Source of the DNA: Dicyema japonicum
Lineage: Eukaryota; Animalia; Dicyemida
Reading direction: 5' to 3'
DNA length: 64,000 bases
Assembly: GCA_011109175.1 (NCBI GenBank)
Contig: RDEW01000016.1
Coordinates: 422,811-486,810, forward strand
Each line of letters opens with the position of its first letter. Within the stretch, counting starts at the first letter, position 1. The position numbers were made by a program, and so were the translations under genes. The notes under the pieces were generated by a model that was not told where the DNA came from, did no database searches, and worked only from the letters and a program-made list of their open reading frames with translations. This document shows positions 12,562-26,199 of this stretch, in pieces.

Positions 12562-13911
12562 ATGAACCTTTTTGCACGACGATTAGTGACCTCTTCAAGA
12601 AAATTAGTAACGTACTCTCCTTCGTTCGTGATCCCCAACAAGCTCGATCCCATACCAACGTATCAGGTCATGGACCCACAGGGTAACATCAACGACCAAA
12701 GTCAAATTCCAAAGGTACTTAAATCTTAACACGAGATGTCAAACGACAAATTGGTGGAGATATTTAAAAATATGGTATTTCTAAACACAGTCGATGATAT
12801 TTTGCTGGAGTCACAAAGACAAGGGAGGACCTCCTTTTATATGACACACTACGGAGAGGAGGCTTTGGTGGCCATGGCTGAAGCATTTACTCTCCAAGAT
12901 TTCATTTCTACGCAATACAGGGAGTTGGGTAAGGATTCATTGGCTAATTCAGGATTTCTCATCCAGCGGGGGTATTCTCTCAATGAAATCATGAACGTGA
13001 CCACCTCTAACGTGGATGACTATGCCATTGGGAGGCAGTCAAACCCTGCTACATGTCCACAAAACTCAATGTATACATAAATTCTGCCCCCCTGGCTACT
13101 CAGATTCCACAAGGTACTGACTTTCACAGATAGAATAGCCGTGGGACAAGCATATGCAAAGAAAATGTTGGGAGACAACTCCTGCGTTGTTGTTTTCTTT
13201 GGAGACGGATGTTCTTCTGAGGGAGACGCCTTCACCGGCCTTAATTTCGCCGCTACATTGAAATCCCCAGTTGTGTTTGTTTGGTTTGCTTTACACGTGA
13301 ATGCAGTCGAAACAACCAATATGCGATATCGACACACATCAATGAGCAATATTGCGGCGATGCCATTGGTTTTGCCATAATTTGTCACATTTAGCTGCCA
13401 GAAGTGTAGCATTGGGAATTCCCACAATTAGAGTTGACGGGAATGATGTATTCGCTATGTATAATTCAGCAAAAGCTGCACGGAAGATGTGCACGGAGAG
13501 TGGGTCCCCCGTTTTGATAGAAGCTATGAGTTACCGGTATTTATGCGAATTTATAGATGTAGTATAAGTCATCACAGCACATCTGACGACAGTGCAGCCT
13601 ACAGGGAGACAATGAACTTGAGGAATGGAAGACTTTGAAATCCCCCTTCACTCGTTTCAGAAATTACTTGGTTAACAACGGCCTGTGGGATCTCTCGACT
13701 GAGAAACAATATCGTTCCGACTGCTTTAAAAATGTATGACTGATTCTAATCACAGATTGTGGACAAGCTCAAAGAAAAAGAGCAAGTTCCAAAGCCAGGT
13801 CCCGAGACAGTCTTTAATCAGATGTATTCTGAATTGCCTCCGTTTTACAATCAGCAAAGGAACCAACTCTATGATCACATCAACAAACACCAGGCTTATT
13901 ACAATAATTAG
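12562..13911 (+). CDS. BCKDHA: Branched-chain alpha-keto acid dehydrogenase E1 alpha subunit, mitochondrial
   Basis: Motifs ESQRQGRTSFYMTHYGEE, QYRE, PLATQIPQAVG, FGDGCSSEGD, CRNNQYAIST, RVDGNDVFA, EAMSYRISHHSTSDDS. Introns 12715-12735 (21), 12929-12952 (24), 13114-13138 (25), 13284-13306 (23), 13369-13394 (26), 13537-13562 (26), 13734-13755 (22). One base is missing at about 13041-13046 and one at about 13604-13606. The N-terminus looks like a transit peptide. Confidence 0.95.
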
Positions 13912-14029
13912 TATTACTAATATTTGCTTTACTGAGTGACCACTAACTGAAAAAATAATTAATAAATTACCAATTTAACCGCAATATTTTATTATTTTTT
14001 AATAATTATAATTACTTTGTGTATCAATA

Positions 14030-15755
14030 CAATAGAATCCATTAATTACAGGACCATTCCTAGACAGAGAGTTCAAGGCCCAGAAATTGAAGTGGAATCG
14101 GATTCTTACAAAGGTAAATCGCAACCGTAGTACCGGAGAAGTGTGGAAAGCCATCCGAAATGTTGCAAAGGGAGAAGAAACTTCCCCGAGGATGACTATA
14201 CTCAACGAGACGTTAACAATTTGATAAAATTCTACACAAAAATTTCGTACAAGGAACACAGGAAGTCGGAAGTGCTTCTCTCTTCATGGAGAAAACTGAA
14301 GAAGGATTCTAACCAGTTTACGTCTCGGATGAAGACGTGAAGAATGCGCTGCATTCTACAAGAACAACGTACTCTGCCGGTCCTGACAACATTCCAGTAG
14401 TGTTATCGAAGAACCCTGGAGATATTGGAGTCGGTTTTCTAACGTCGGTGTATAACTATTCAATTAATTGTAATGTAATACCGTTGTTATGGAAGCAAGC
14501 CAACATCCGACCTATACTGAAACCTGGAAAACCTAAGGAAGATCCGGCATCATTTAGACCTGTGTCATTGTTTGTTCCATATCGAAAATCCTGGAAAGGC
14601 TTGTGCTTGGGAGAATCATTGCTTTCTTACCAGAAAAGGATTTTCAACACGGATTCAAGAGCGATTGTTCTACATCAACGTATCTACAGAAATTAACTAA
14701 CTTTATTAGAGATGGATTTTCAAACAAACCAAGGCATTTGAAAACAATCTTGTGTTCATTGATATTAACAAGGCTTTTTATTCTATTTTGAGAAAAATAT
14801 TATTAAAGAAAATTTTCCAGTCCAAGATCTAGGGGAAGCTTAAACTTTGGATAACAAAATTTTTAAGTGGACGAAGGAGACGTGTATGCCTCGGAGGACT
14901 GAAATCAGTCTCGCGTCTTTTCCCAAATGGTGTCCCCCAAAGATCTCCTTTATCCCCCGCCTTATTCAATTTATACCTGGCTGACCTCCCGACACCGGAA
15001 TCCAATAACGATGTTCTACTCACATATGCGGACGACATTGTTTTGGCCTCACGTGATCGGGATATCCAAAATGCTACAGAAAGATTACAAATTAACCTGG
15101 ACCGACTCAACGCCTGGGTAATGAAGAACCGACTCACGATAAATTCCAGAAAGTCGGTCACGTCTATGTTTACTTCGGACAAAAGGTTGGGGAAGATGAC
15201 TGTCAAGTTAAAATTGGACAACGTTGAAATCCCCTTCAGTAAATGTCAGAAGATCCTGGGCGTGACACTGGATACACACTTATGTTTGTCACCACACGTG
15301 GCAAACATTGTTCTGAAGTGCGAGAAGAGGATCAATGTATTAAAATGTTTATCTGGAATATGGAAGACAGGTACCCACCCGGTCTTGATGAACATTTACA
15401 AGCAATACATCGAACCATGCTTCTCGTACGCGTGTGCTTCGTGGGGACCTTCATTATCATGGACGAACACTAAGAAAATCGAGGACGTTCAAAAGAAGGC
15501 TTTCAGAATGACGGAGCGGTGGTCTTGTGGGAGACACAGAACCGGACCGACTACTCTGGAGGCCCTCATTAAACAAAACTCTGGCATGCGGGAAGGTGGC
15601 CCTGCAAATACAGTCAGCCGCCCAGTACGAGCTTGTGTGGGTACGAGGGAGGAGCACCGGGAAAGAATGAGGATTTTGGCGGAGCGCATCGGGATCACGT
15701 GATAGTTAGTTTTGGTTTTACCGTGGTCTTGGGTGTTAAATAAATAAAATAAAAT
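14030..15755 (+). mobile_element. 5'-truncated APE-type LINE (Jockey/I-group-like RT), frameshifted
   Basis: SAGPDNI, PILKPGKPKEDPASFRPVSL, QHGF, GVPQRSPLSPALFNLY, YADD, KILGVTLD; ends GIT* with an AT-rich (taaa) tail. Confidence 0.9.
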
Positions 15756-17099
15756 AGAACCAAATACACCGGTTGGATCTCTGGCAGCGTCCGCTCTTGG
15801 CTGTTAACCACCGGTTTTCTTAACTCGAAGAAACCGTGAGTAAATAATAAATAAATTAATGAGAAAAGTAGATTTCTATTATATTTTGAGTGAAAAGACT
15901 ATTTTCTCTCACAGATGAATAATACTCTGTTTTAGGCAAATTAACCAAACGTTATAGTGTAAAGACGTATCGAATTCATTATCTTAGAAGACAGTTTTTG
16001 AAAATTATCACAATCAGGTTGAGTTTCTGATGACGGCAAACCTTCACTATTGATAGCATCATTCCACTTTTGGAGACGACTGACAACGAACAAAAAAGAG
16101 AGGAATGTAAAGATGTAAGTTTATTATGGTTTCCTTGCTTCACATGTGGTAAGTAGCTCAAACTCTTTTCCATCGCATCATCCCCTACATTTAATTCTAC
16201 AACTTCTTCAATCGACATTAAGAACCGATCTTTATGTCATCTATGGAAAGACTTGGACACAACCCTCCTGGTATAAGCGCTTCAGAATTGATGCTCTGGA
16301 CTTCAGCAGGGCAATCAGGTGTCCATGGACTCGACATGAGAGTGGGGGATCTCTGAGAACGGCCTGTTTTGGTGATGTGTTTCCTATTTATACCAGCCTG
16401 CATGTTAGCGAAGATGGGTTGACCATTTAATTCCTTTGTCCCCCAAGACATACGATTCTTGTCTAATCTATCATCCAATATGAGTAAGGTGGAATTAGTT
16501 CTCAGACACTGTTGATCCGATGGTCCCTTATTTCATAAGTTCGTGTATCAAAAATCTTCTGAGTCCACCAAGAATGGTAACAATAGGCTATATCCAAATT
16601 GGGGATATGAGCACATTAAGTGTACCGGAGCTGTGTCATAGGTCACTAACTCAACCTTCGGAGATAACTAGCAGTATTCAATTTTCAAAATTCTTTTTAA
16701 ATTTTCTAGATATAATTTAAAAAAATATATATTCAAATTTTTAATTTAATTAATATATGTTCTTTTTGTGATCTTCGGATCTGAGGGATTGAATAGTGTT
16801 ACTTCCATCTTGGGTGTTATTATGACGTCGATTTGTTTTTGAGGACATATCAGGATTGCTCTTAATCAGGCTCCTTGGGCATTTTGAGTGTGGTTCCTGA
16901 AATGAACGAACAAAAAACTGAGTTCACTACATTCAAAAGAGAAAGCAAAGTTACCAATGAGATATGGAGAAGAGCAAAAAAAAGTCGGGTCATTGCTCGG
17001 CGACTGGGAAAATGTTGTCAACAATGTAATTGTTCGTTATTAGTTAAAGCACATTCGCGTTACCAGTAAACACTGTTTATGGTTTAGCTTGTGCCATGT

Positions 17100-17510
17100 T
17101 TTTCGATTATCCTTCCGTTAGTCTTCTCCATCCTTTTCGTTGTCGTGCTCGTTTCCTGATTTTGTCCAGATTGTCCTCATCCATCAGTTGGCCCCCGATC
17201 ACTGCGTAATCCTCCGCAATTGTTTTTGGAAGGCAACTTCTCGGACGTCCTCTGAATGCAGGAAATACATTAAGGCCGAGAACTCTTCCATGGCGGCATT
17301 GCATGGTGTCTGCTTACCCATCCGTAGAATATGTCCAAAAAGGCGCCAGCGGGCTTCAAGTACGTTCAGACTTATTGGTCCACAATCAGTAGGTCTGTAT
17401 AATTCATTGTTTGAGATTTTCTTTGGCCAAGAGTATCCAAGGAGTTTTCTTAGTCGGCCTCTGTGAAACGAGTCAAGTTGTTCCATATCTTTCACTGGCA
17501 TTGAGGAGAC
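17100..17510 (-). mobile_element. RTE-like non-LTR retrotransposon C-terminal fragment
   Basis: LDSFHRGRLRKLLGYSWPKKISNNELY, RWRLFGHILRM, RGRPR, RKGWRRL. Confidence 0.8.
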
Positions 17511-17699
17511 TAAATCGAAAGAGTTTTCATAATGGTAATCTTCACCATTTGATTTGGTCAGGGAGAAGGTAGGAGGATCCCTTTCAACAACTTTTCATTC
17601 CAGGGCTAAAAGAATCCCGAATATAGACTGGTGAACCCTCACCAACGTCGAAGGTCACATTAACAGTTTTTTAATAAAAGTTACTAATTAATTATATTA

Positions 17700-18870
17700 T
17701 TTAGGGGGACACAAAAAAGGATGAGAAACACTCCTGACTATCTAAGGCCAACGTAGTACGGACTCAGCATTCAAAGAGTATTTGAACACAGAGCTGATGA
17801 ACATATCAACGGATTTGCCACCCCAAAGTCATGAGAGTTGGCTAAACAGGCAAACTAAGCAGTGGGTTAGCAAAGGATGATGAAAAAGACTCGGTTTTGA
17901 AGAACTAAACGGTGAACAACCTTGCCAACGACAGAATGAAATACGGATGCAATATCAGAACACAAGTGACCGAATCATAAGATATTGGCTGGAAAAGCAA
18001 GTATCAAAAAAACAATTTGACGAGATATAGACACGTAAAAATCGACCAGATAAGAAAAATTGATGCCTCAAGGACAACGGAACGTTTAACGAGGATATTT
18101 GAGAGGCAACCTACGAAAACTATCTGTAGAGACGGTCAAGGCAACAGATCGCAGACCAGTCAGAGGTTGTGGAGCTCATTGCTGATATTTTCAAAAAAGA
18201 TGTTTAAATGAAACTATGAGAATATTAGAGTTACTTCAGAAAGAGGATAACTTGTAGAGAAAGTAACCACCAAAGAAGTGCAATAACGTGGATAAAACTA
18301 AAGAACAGCAATGGTAAGGCTCTGAGGGACTGAATGAAGAATTCTCAAATATTGAATCCACAACCTTTACGGAAACATTGCTCAGATACCTATGCAATAC
18401 TTAGGGCTGCCAGCACCTTACTGGTGGGAGAGGGGTCCTGATAACTGTTCAGAAAGCTCACAAGCTAGCGTCAATCTTTAGAATTGACATGTAAAACGTT
18501 TTTGATTCCAGATAAAACTATTAAAAACGCTGGATGGATTTCTCGACAGCTTCAGACGGTCACATTGCTCTTTAGTAACGAAGGTCTGGGGGTGTCTCTT
18601 TAATGTCCTTTTAGACGACGATGTGTATCTCCTGGCCAATGTTTAAAAATAAACGGGAAGCAGATTTCGAGAAAAATAATTTTCCTAGAATGGACTTGAA
18701 GACTAACGTAGCCATGGAAGATACTTCACCTTGAACCTTTAAGGTTCGCGTGGTCGACCTAATATCACTATAGCAGTAATCTTGGATGAAGACCTCAGAA
18801 ATGGGGAGGACTTCGACTGACTACGTGATATTGCCCTGAACAGACAAATGTGGAAAAATTAACTAGTCTT
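17700..18870 (+). mobile_element. Heavily degraded RTE-like non-LTR element
   Basis: Scattered fragments only: NGKALRD-like domain 0, a DDDV-like RT motif, and RGRP...ALNRQMWKK at the C-terminus. Confidence 0.45.
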
Positions 18871-19679
18871 TTGGTTTCTCATGCTGCACGTGGTTTGTAA
18901 TGCTCACTGGAATCGCGTAAACAAGTGGGGTCACTATATAATATTCAACACTTCTCCTAGGCATCTCACGTGATAAGCAAAAGGGACCCAAATCTAAAAA
19001 AACCTGCTCTGTGAGTCAGTTTGCTTCATGAAACTACATTCGGCGTTGAACCAAGTACTTCTTCCACCATGGGTGCAACATTTGATAATTATGGGGTTAA
19101 GATGATTAAAATACAGCAACCAGCACTTTAGGTCTCAGTTAAGGTCCCACTTCAACGCTGATAAGTGGAAGGCTACCCTCAAAGAAAGCTTCTCCCTCCA
19201 ACCACTGTACCTAATCAAACTCTCTTTTTGCATTTCAGTGATGCACAACAAAATCTGTCTCTTAAAAGTAGCTGATCTAAGAGTTCAATCGATCGAGCCA
19301 ATTGTAACTTGATTACTGCCATGGAATCAAATTCTGGGTAGACGAGTGACTCCTTCATAAGTGTTTCGTCACCGCTGAACCAGATTGTCTTCTGGAACTC
19401 ACAAACAAACTAAAAGAAGGAACGATAAGTCAAGAACACTTTCAATATCTTTGATGCCTTGGATTAATTAGCATGACGGTTTTTACTTTTTATATAAAGT
19501 GTGAGTTCTGCCAAAGCTGAGACGGACAACCTCGTTCTGGCCCACCTTCATAATCCCCATCAGATCTGACTGATTTCTGAAAGCAACCATTTTTGGTTTG
19601 TACTTTTCTGCTAGCAATCAGTTTCCTTCAATGAAGGGATCAAAATATATATGTCCACGCAAAATTACTATTTTTATGT

Positions 19680-19920
19680 TCCAGGCCTGGTGGCGCTGTG
19701 TAATGACTGCCAGGCAAAAGGCATGATCGCCCCTAGTTCGAATCTCGCTTCTGTACATTCTGACTAAAGGTTCCACATATTTACGATGCTTTGGCTTGAT
19801 GAGTGACGCTGTCATCAGTGAACATCTCACTTTGGAACCGGATCATCTACAAAAGAACTCACATCCAACAAAAAGAAGAGAATTCCTCGGTTTTTCTCAT
19901 CGATTAGTTATGATAACTGT
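19680..19920 (+). mobile_element. tRNA-derived SINE, near full length
   Basis: tggcgctgtg (A box-like), ctagttcgaatctcg (B box), core tgatgagtgacgctgtcatcagtgaacatctcact, tail attcctcggtt..cgattagttatgataactg. Confidence 0.85.
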
Positions 19921-19929
19921 TGTCTACCT

Positions 19930-20560
19930 AAATAAATTGTATGTCCTGTCTGGGAGAGCGATTGCTAATATGGCTCTTCGTCTCCATGTTTGCTTGTACG
20001 GACAACTCACTGTGGACGAGAGGGTTGATTGTCTAAAACGTGCTTTACAAAACTAAATAATTTGGTTGAAAAGTAAAGGTGTTGATCCTCAGTTAATTTT
20101 GTCCACCAGTAATGTTCCTTTACTCCATTCGTTCCATACATGTGAACCAATTCAGACCAAAGTCTGCCCCCATACTACTTGTTTCAACCTACCACCATGT
20201 CGAAAATGCTGGTGAGACTTGATCTGGGGCTAATGTCCTCTAAACTGCAAAGCCCGTGTTCTAGCACTAATCGACACACAGAAGGGCGCTTCCAAGAGGG
20301 GTCTCCCATAAAAATTTTGTCGTGAATCATAGGATATTGATACTTCAGTCTCTTCCATGTTCTTCAAATGTAGCCAGTCATCTAATAGAGTCAAGGTCGT
20401 CAGCGGTTTCAACTCTCTTCGATGTTTTAGGCATTTCTAATACAAAGGCAGGGATAATCTTGTGCTCCCCCAAAAGCAGTTCTCCCGGCAAGCAATAGTC
20501 TTTGATGGGTACATATTCAAGGGAGGTCGTGTCCACGGTGAGGCAGGACATTGATGACTA
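19930..20560 (+). mobile_element. Possible decayed LTR-retrotransposon gag/protease/RT remnant
   Basis: Cys-rich CRKC..CP knuckle-like stretch followed by VLALIDT (aspartic protease-like). Confidence 0.3.
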
Positions 20561-20609
20561 CACACTAAGTCAAGGATAGCTTAAATGTTAAAAGTTAAAG
20601 AAATTAATG

Positions 20610-21364
20610 TCACAGTGGAAAGTATGTCCCGTAGAAATTGGGTTGAGTCTTTATAAGGTAGCACGTGTCGACTCCGGCAATCAACTGAAAATAACTAAAA
20701 AATTACTGTGAAGAATAAAAAAATAATTCCGATGGACACAACAAGGACGAAGAATTTTTGATCAATTGTCTGTATTTGCTTGAGACATCCGATTTTGTAA
20801 GGGTTTTTACAGACCTGATCAGTAGATGGGGGACAACAGCTCACAGGTATTGGAAGAAGCCGATTAGTCCAATCTGAGTCCCCATTAACTCCACAGCAAT
20901 CAAACAGACTTTGAATCAGATCAACCTTGCCTGAGCTCTGATTGTATTGATCGATCGAACGAGTGAGATATTCAGCAACTTCTTGTTGAGGTTTTTTGTG
21001 ATAGATAAAGCACAGTACAATCACTGAGAGGGTAATAGAGTCAACCAAGATGACACAAATACAAAACTAAATATATTTCGATTACTTACTCCTTTGCGTA
21101 TGCAGATGTTGTTAGTGAGGGCGAAGACACCGAACAGTGAGGATATTATGAAGGTTATTGAGAATAGTATGGACATGATGAATGGGAAGAGCGATATTGG
21201 GAATTTGTGTAGATCGATATTTCGGAATAATGGATTGAATTTTTTTGATATTTTTGCTGAGGAATAAATTGCAAGAGCAGCGACTCCCTGAATTATACAG
21301 TGTTTATTACCCCAAACATAATTATGGCGGTCAATATAATAAATCTAGGACAATGTAATCCCAT
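20610..21364 (-). CDS. Tetraspanin
   Basis: Four hydrophobic segments and a large loop with DLIQSLFDCCG, DW, PVSCC, GC. Three GT-AG introns of 23, 23 and 22 nt. Frame intact from ATG 21364 to TGA 20610-20612. Confidence 0.9.
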
Positions 21365-21479
21365 TATTATTCCATATATTTATGATTTTATTACTATTTT
21401 GGTTCGACGTATAATTATTATAAAATTTGTATTTATATTATTATTTTAATTAATTTTATATTTTTCGATTTATTTTTAA

Positions 21480-21815
21480 GGTGGCACTGTTTATAAGACC
21501 CCCCGATCTTTTCCCCCAATGCTTGACCACGCCGCAAGCAAAATAATGGCTCCGGTTCCATCGGTCTGTGTGGCCAAGAAACAAGTCGTTTCTTCCATTC
21601 AAGGCTAGAGGCTTCAAATACACGAAATTTGGGGAAAAAACCCACCCCTCTTCAAACTCTAATTAAAGATGATCGTCGTCTATTCAGGAACGCCGTGGGT
21701 ACTCTGGAGGAACACAGGAAAAACCTCTCGATCCTGTTGAGGCGTACAGGGATCACTTAATTAGTTGATTTACTCCTTCTTTCTTGGTGCTCCTTTTTCG
21801 GGGTTATTAAATAAA
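21480..21815 (+). mobile_element. LINE 3' end (GIT* family)
   Basis: GTLEEHRKNLSILLRRTGIT* matches GTREEHRERMRILAERIGIT*; taaataaata tail. Confidence 0.75.
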
Positions 21816-24419
21816 TAAGAATTAGTCGCGTGGTGCTATGTTGCTGCTAGATTCAAGATTTTTGTATGTTTCTCCAGTTCCTCCTATTCCCTTTTCGAAT
21901 AATTGCCTTCATGTGATCCAGTAAAGGATCATTTTCTCCAAATAGACATCCAGATGACAGTCGTCGAGCTGGCACAGGGCTATAGGTCCAATGAGCTCTT
22001 GTTAACATCGGGGGATGTCGAGCCCAAACCGGACTGAACAATATGAGAATCCCACAACTGAATATCAATGGAATTATATCAAACCACGCCGATATCCCTG
22101 ACTACTTGGGAGGCACAAAATATATTGGTTTTCTACGATCAGATGGACTTCTGTAAGCTACAGAAGCTTGAATTGGCTTACTTTAACTCAGAAATAAGAA
22201 AATCCTTAAAGACTTATCCATGGACAACTTTAGAGAATCCTCAAAGGTGCTTAGATCAATCAAGCTGATTTTGACTTTTTCAAAAAACGGCCTCGGTAAA
22301 AATAACCGAACTAAGATTTCTATAGTCAGTCAAGGGATTTGATGTTCTATCACTGCAAGATCAATAACATTCAAATTTCCTGACATTTGACTGAGAGAGT
22401 TCAACCTTGAGGGGCAAGTTCTCTGTTACTCGGCTCCATGCCTTGATCAAAAAGGCTCGCCTCTTCTGTCAAAGGCCTCGATGGTTTATGTATCCCCCAC
22501 TTGAAACACTAACTCCAGACTCTAAGGCCATTTATGAATTCTCAATCAGCTCACTATTATCCCATGATATTGATCGACCTGAAGCCTCTACCGCATTTCT
22601 CGTGTGGTCCTCTCAAACAAGATCAGCTGATCAAACATCCCTCCCAACTTAGGTTAAACGTCACTACACCTGATTAAAGAAATCTGGGGACGGTAGTTTA
22701 GCGCTCGTTCAGCAACCACTACCAAGCAACCTATTCGGCCGTTGTATGGTAAGGGAAAGAAGTTGGGTTTGTCCCCCAAAAAGGCGAAAAGATAAATCCC
22801 AGATGGTACTCGGATCCCATGAGAAAAATTACCGAATGTACTACATGAATGTTTTCCTGGATCGTCAAGAGTAGACGAAAGTAAAGGATTGTGTAAGTAC
22901 CAGTGAAGTCAAGTCATTAGAAGGTCTATATACTTTGAGGTATCTGTAGATTAGAAGGGATCTTTCATCGACCGTATCAAAAGCAGAAGGAAGAAGAACA
23001 TGGAGATGTTGATATCTCTTTTGTAGTTTCTCCTCAATCTGGGGACGTTTCCTATGTACACCCTTTTTATTGAAGAACCATCCAGCGTAACTACTTTTTT
23101 GCACGTGTCTTTCATCTTCCTTATGGAAACCACTAAACAAATTGAGAGGTACCAGGATAACCGCGGTTGATGCCGATTCTCTTAGGAAGCGGCGCAGTGC
23201 AGATTGAAGTCTTGAATATTCAAACTTCCTTTTTATTATTTCATTGATATTCTTTGGCGGGCTGCAGGAACTGGTACTTCAATTTTTTACAAAGTGGATT
23301 TGGACGTCTAGATTTATCGAAGAAAACGAATGTGAACTATTTAGTGTGGAGCCACAATTGGGTAAGAATTTTTTTCAATAGAAAAAATGCCTGGGGGAGC
23401 AACTGGGTAAAGTCAGAGATTGTTTAAAACGCAAACTCAATGGTAGTCAGTACAATCCCTTGTGAAGATTTGGATATGATCGGTCAACGTGATTATCAAT
23501 GGGGATTCCGTGGGAAAATGTTTTAGAGAACTGAAGAAGGCAATTTAAATTCCCAAAGCCAAAAAATACCTTAGGACAGCATGTCTTGTTATATCCAAGG
23601 TTTTTGACTCCTGTGGCACCTTAGACACTTCGATACGTTATTGGGAGTAACATTGGGCAAACAGCTTTGTTTTGGCTAGAAAACCTTTTATCTTAGAAAA
23701 ACGTTCATCCGGGTTGGAAATCATATATGCAGCTAGGTGATACTGAGAAGAGGGGTCCCACAAGCTCGATCTATACCTAGTCAGCTCAAGTGCGTCATAA
23801 GTGTGGTCCCTAATGCGTACCATTAGTAGATGATTGTCGTTGACTAAACCACAAGTAAATCAATGTCTTGGAAATGGTTTGCATCTCAGAGCAGTGTCAA
23901 GTAGGTTTAACCTTAACACGTGACAGGGCACAGTTAGCTGGATGGCAAAAATGTGAACCATAAAGGGCAAATTGTGATTTTCGGGAAATTAAACTATTTT
24001 GGAGTATGCATAGATCAGAGGGGTATTATTAAGGTCTAGAGAGATCTAGGCATTCCTTTATGTATATACCACGTGTATAAACCGTTCTTGTTTATGGTTT
24101 CCAACGGTGGTCTGAAACAGAGGGAGGAAATAGAGCTACTGGATAAAAACCTAGGATGTGAAATAAAATTGATGCATGGATAAGAGCATACATTCAGTGA
24201 CTCAGTGTGATAGTCCTAACAGAAGATCTGAACCCCGTTAATTTGTTTTTCGGTTCTTCACAACATTAATTAGTCTTTGGGTTTGAAGCAAATAAACTTT
24301 TTATCTAAAAAAGCAGGCAGATACATAAACAACTCCGTTCGATTCATTCACACCTATACTATTGTGACTTGGGGTCCTCTAACGAAAAAATCTAGAAAAA
24401 CGGGATTATTAAATTATTA

Positions 24420-24720
24420 CTACTAAATAAACTTCATGAGTTTTAACGGCGTAATTAATAAATATATTTCAAGGTTAATAACCGTCGTAAATTAAATTTA
24501 TACCAAAGACCAAGGTTAACCAAACTGACTAACTCATTATCCTGACTCGTTCCAGCGTTCCAGAACTTCTCTCCACGTAACGAAGTTGTCCCCGGAGGAA
24601 GAATAGGTGGATCCTCTTGATCCCGAACAGGGATTGGGCGTCTCCTCAGTAAGGTGGATCCAATGATGCCATAGAAGGGACGGAAAATAATTATTGACAA
24701 TAAGCGCCACGTGGCCAATA
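24420..24720 (-). mobile_element. LINE 3' end (subfamily shared with 53500-53800)
   Basis: DNA match attgggcgtctcct.agtaa.gtggatccaatga.gccat to about 53735-53775; family tail tttggttaaccttggtcttt. Confidence 0.6.
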
Positions 24721-24789
24721 ACTTTAAATAAAATATAAATCAATTTTTATGATGAAATAAAATTTTATTAAGAAAAGAAAATAGAGTAA

Positions 24790-25560
24790 ACGGTTATTTA
24801 TGACTGCGTGGCTATTCCCTCTCAGGATAGCGAGATTCGCTCGAATAGCCAGCAGCGCTCACGAGGGTCTTCTTTTTGTGTAGCAATCCGATTCCCTAGA
24901 CGACTCAAGAATTCCAGACGTCTCAACGGCGAGTGGAACAAACAAAAAATCCTTGGGTAGGACCACGTACTTTTCCCGTTTCATATTCTCGGCCTTTTCA
25001 GCAGCAGAACAGGCTCCAGAGGCACTCTGGAGTAGGTTGCAAGAGGCAAACGTGTCGGTGCAGGTAACGTCCCAGACAAGAGGTTTCCCTGCTTCAAAAG
25101 GGAAGATTGTCATCCTATCCCGCCCCGCCTGCAAAGGCCGACAGGTTCGACGGCGTCCAAAGCTCGCCTAACGACTTCGTTCAAGGCCATGTGTCTGGGA
25201 AATCACTCTTCCTGCAGAAGATAAGGTATAGGCCAAAACAGTCGACCTTGTCTCCGCATCGGCACGGATGTAGAACGGATCTAATTCCAGTCCCAATGAG
25301 ATTCCAATACGGACGCATTCATCATCCAGGAAGGTACCCAGAACTCCATTGGGGATGGCGTTGAGTCAGGCACCGCTCTCGGAAGACGCCCCCGACGACA
25401 AACAGGCACGGCAATGTTGATTAGATGATACTACCAAATCTTTGAAAGAATTCAGCATATAGCATCGTCCAAGCCCGCTGAGAGAACGAGGAAGGCAGAG
25501 AAAGCTGATAAGTGCGGCCTCACGAGCATGGCCGACGTCCTTGTCGAGAGAATTCAGTAT
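24790..25560 (-). mobile_element. CRE-like non-LTR retrotransposon, zinc-finger and RLE C-terminus
   Basis: CRCGDKVD.., GKPLVWDVTCTDTF, AAEKAENMKREKY, FVPLAVETSG, ISLAILRG-type end. Confidence 0.85.
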
Positions 25561-25649
25561 TGAGTGTACAATCCTCTATTAAAAAATAAATCAATTTTTT
25601 GCAAATTTTGAAATGCCAATTTTTTTAGTTTTTTCTGTTTCCTTTATAA

Positions 25650-26110
25650 GAGAATTCAATATAACAACGTACCGGACCCAGAAAGCGTCTGAGAGTCTAC
25701 AACGCATCGTAGTCCCAATTCTAATATATAATGCAGCCACGTGGGGATTATCAAATAATGAACTTAGTGGACCCAACGCGTTTTACAGAAGGCAAATACG
25801 TGTGGCCATTGGTGACCAATGGTCAAAAAACCTTCAGTGAACAATATATTCACATTACAAGATCTGGAAAACTGTCTCAAACAATCTTCGAAGATCGATG
25901 GCAACCTTTCCTACAACTCCAGTAAATTATGCGATGGAAGTGCATTTCACCAAGGAATCCAAGAAATACAGAGGAAGGCCAAAAATAACCCTTCAGGTTG
26001 TCCTCAACGCGGAGCTAAAAAAATTCAATTCTAAAATCCTACACAGCTCTCGACAACCTACGAAAAGACACGAAACAAGCCTGGAAGAAGTTAGTTGTCC
26101 ACACGTCAAG
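25650..26110 (+). mobile_element. RTE-like C-terminal fragment
   Basis: VVPILIYNAATWGL, NAFYRRQIR, KYRGRPKITL. Confidence 0.75.
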
Positions 26111-26199
26111 TGACACTTAAGAGGAATCTTAGCATAGTTATTATTTCTCGACAGTGCTTTTAATAATAATTAGGGATATAAACACTCCACGTGTTTCAT

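Noticed and set aside
12562-13911. BCKDHA (and ATG4, EIF2S2) as pseudogenes
   Set aside because: Catalytic motifs and splice sites are conserved, and the lesions are mostly homopolymer indels typical of sequencing error.
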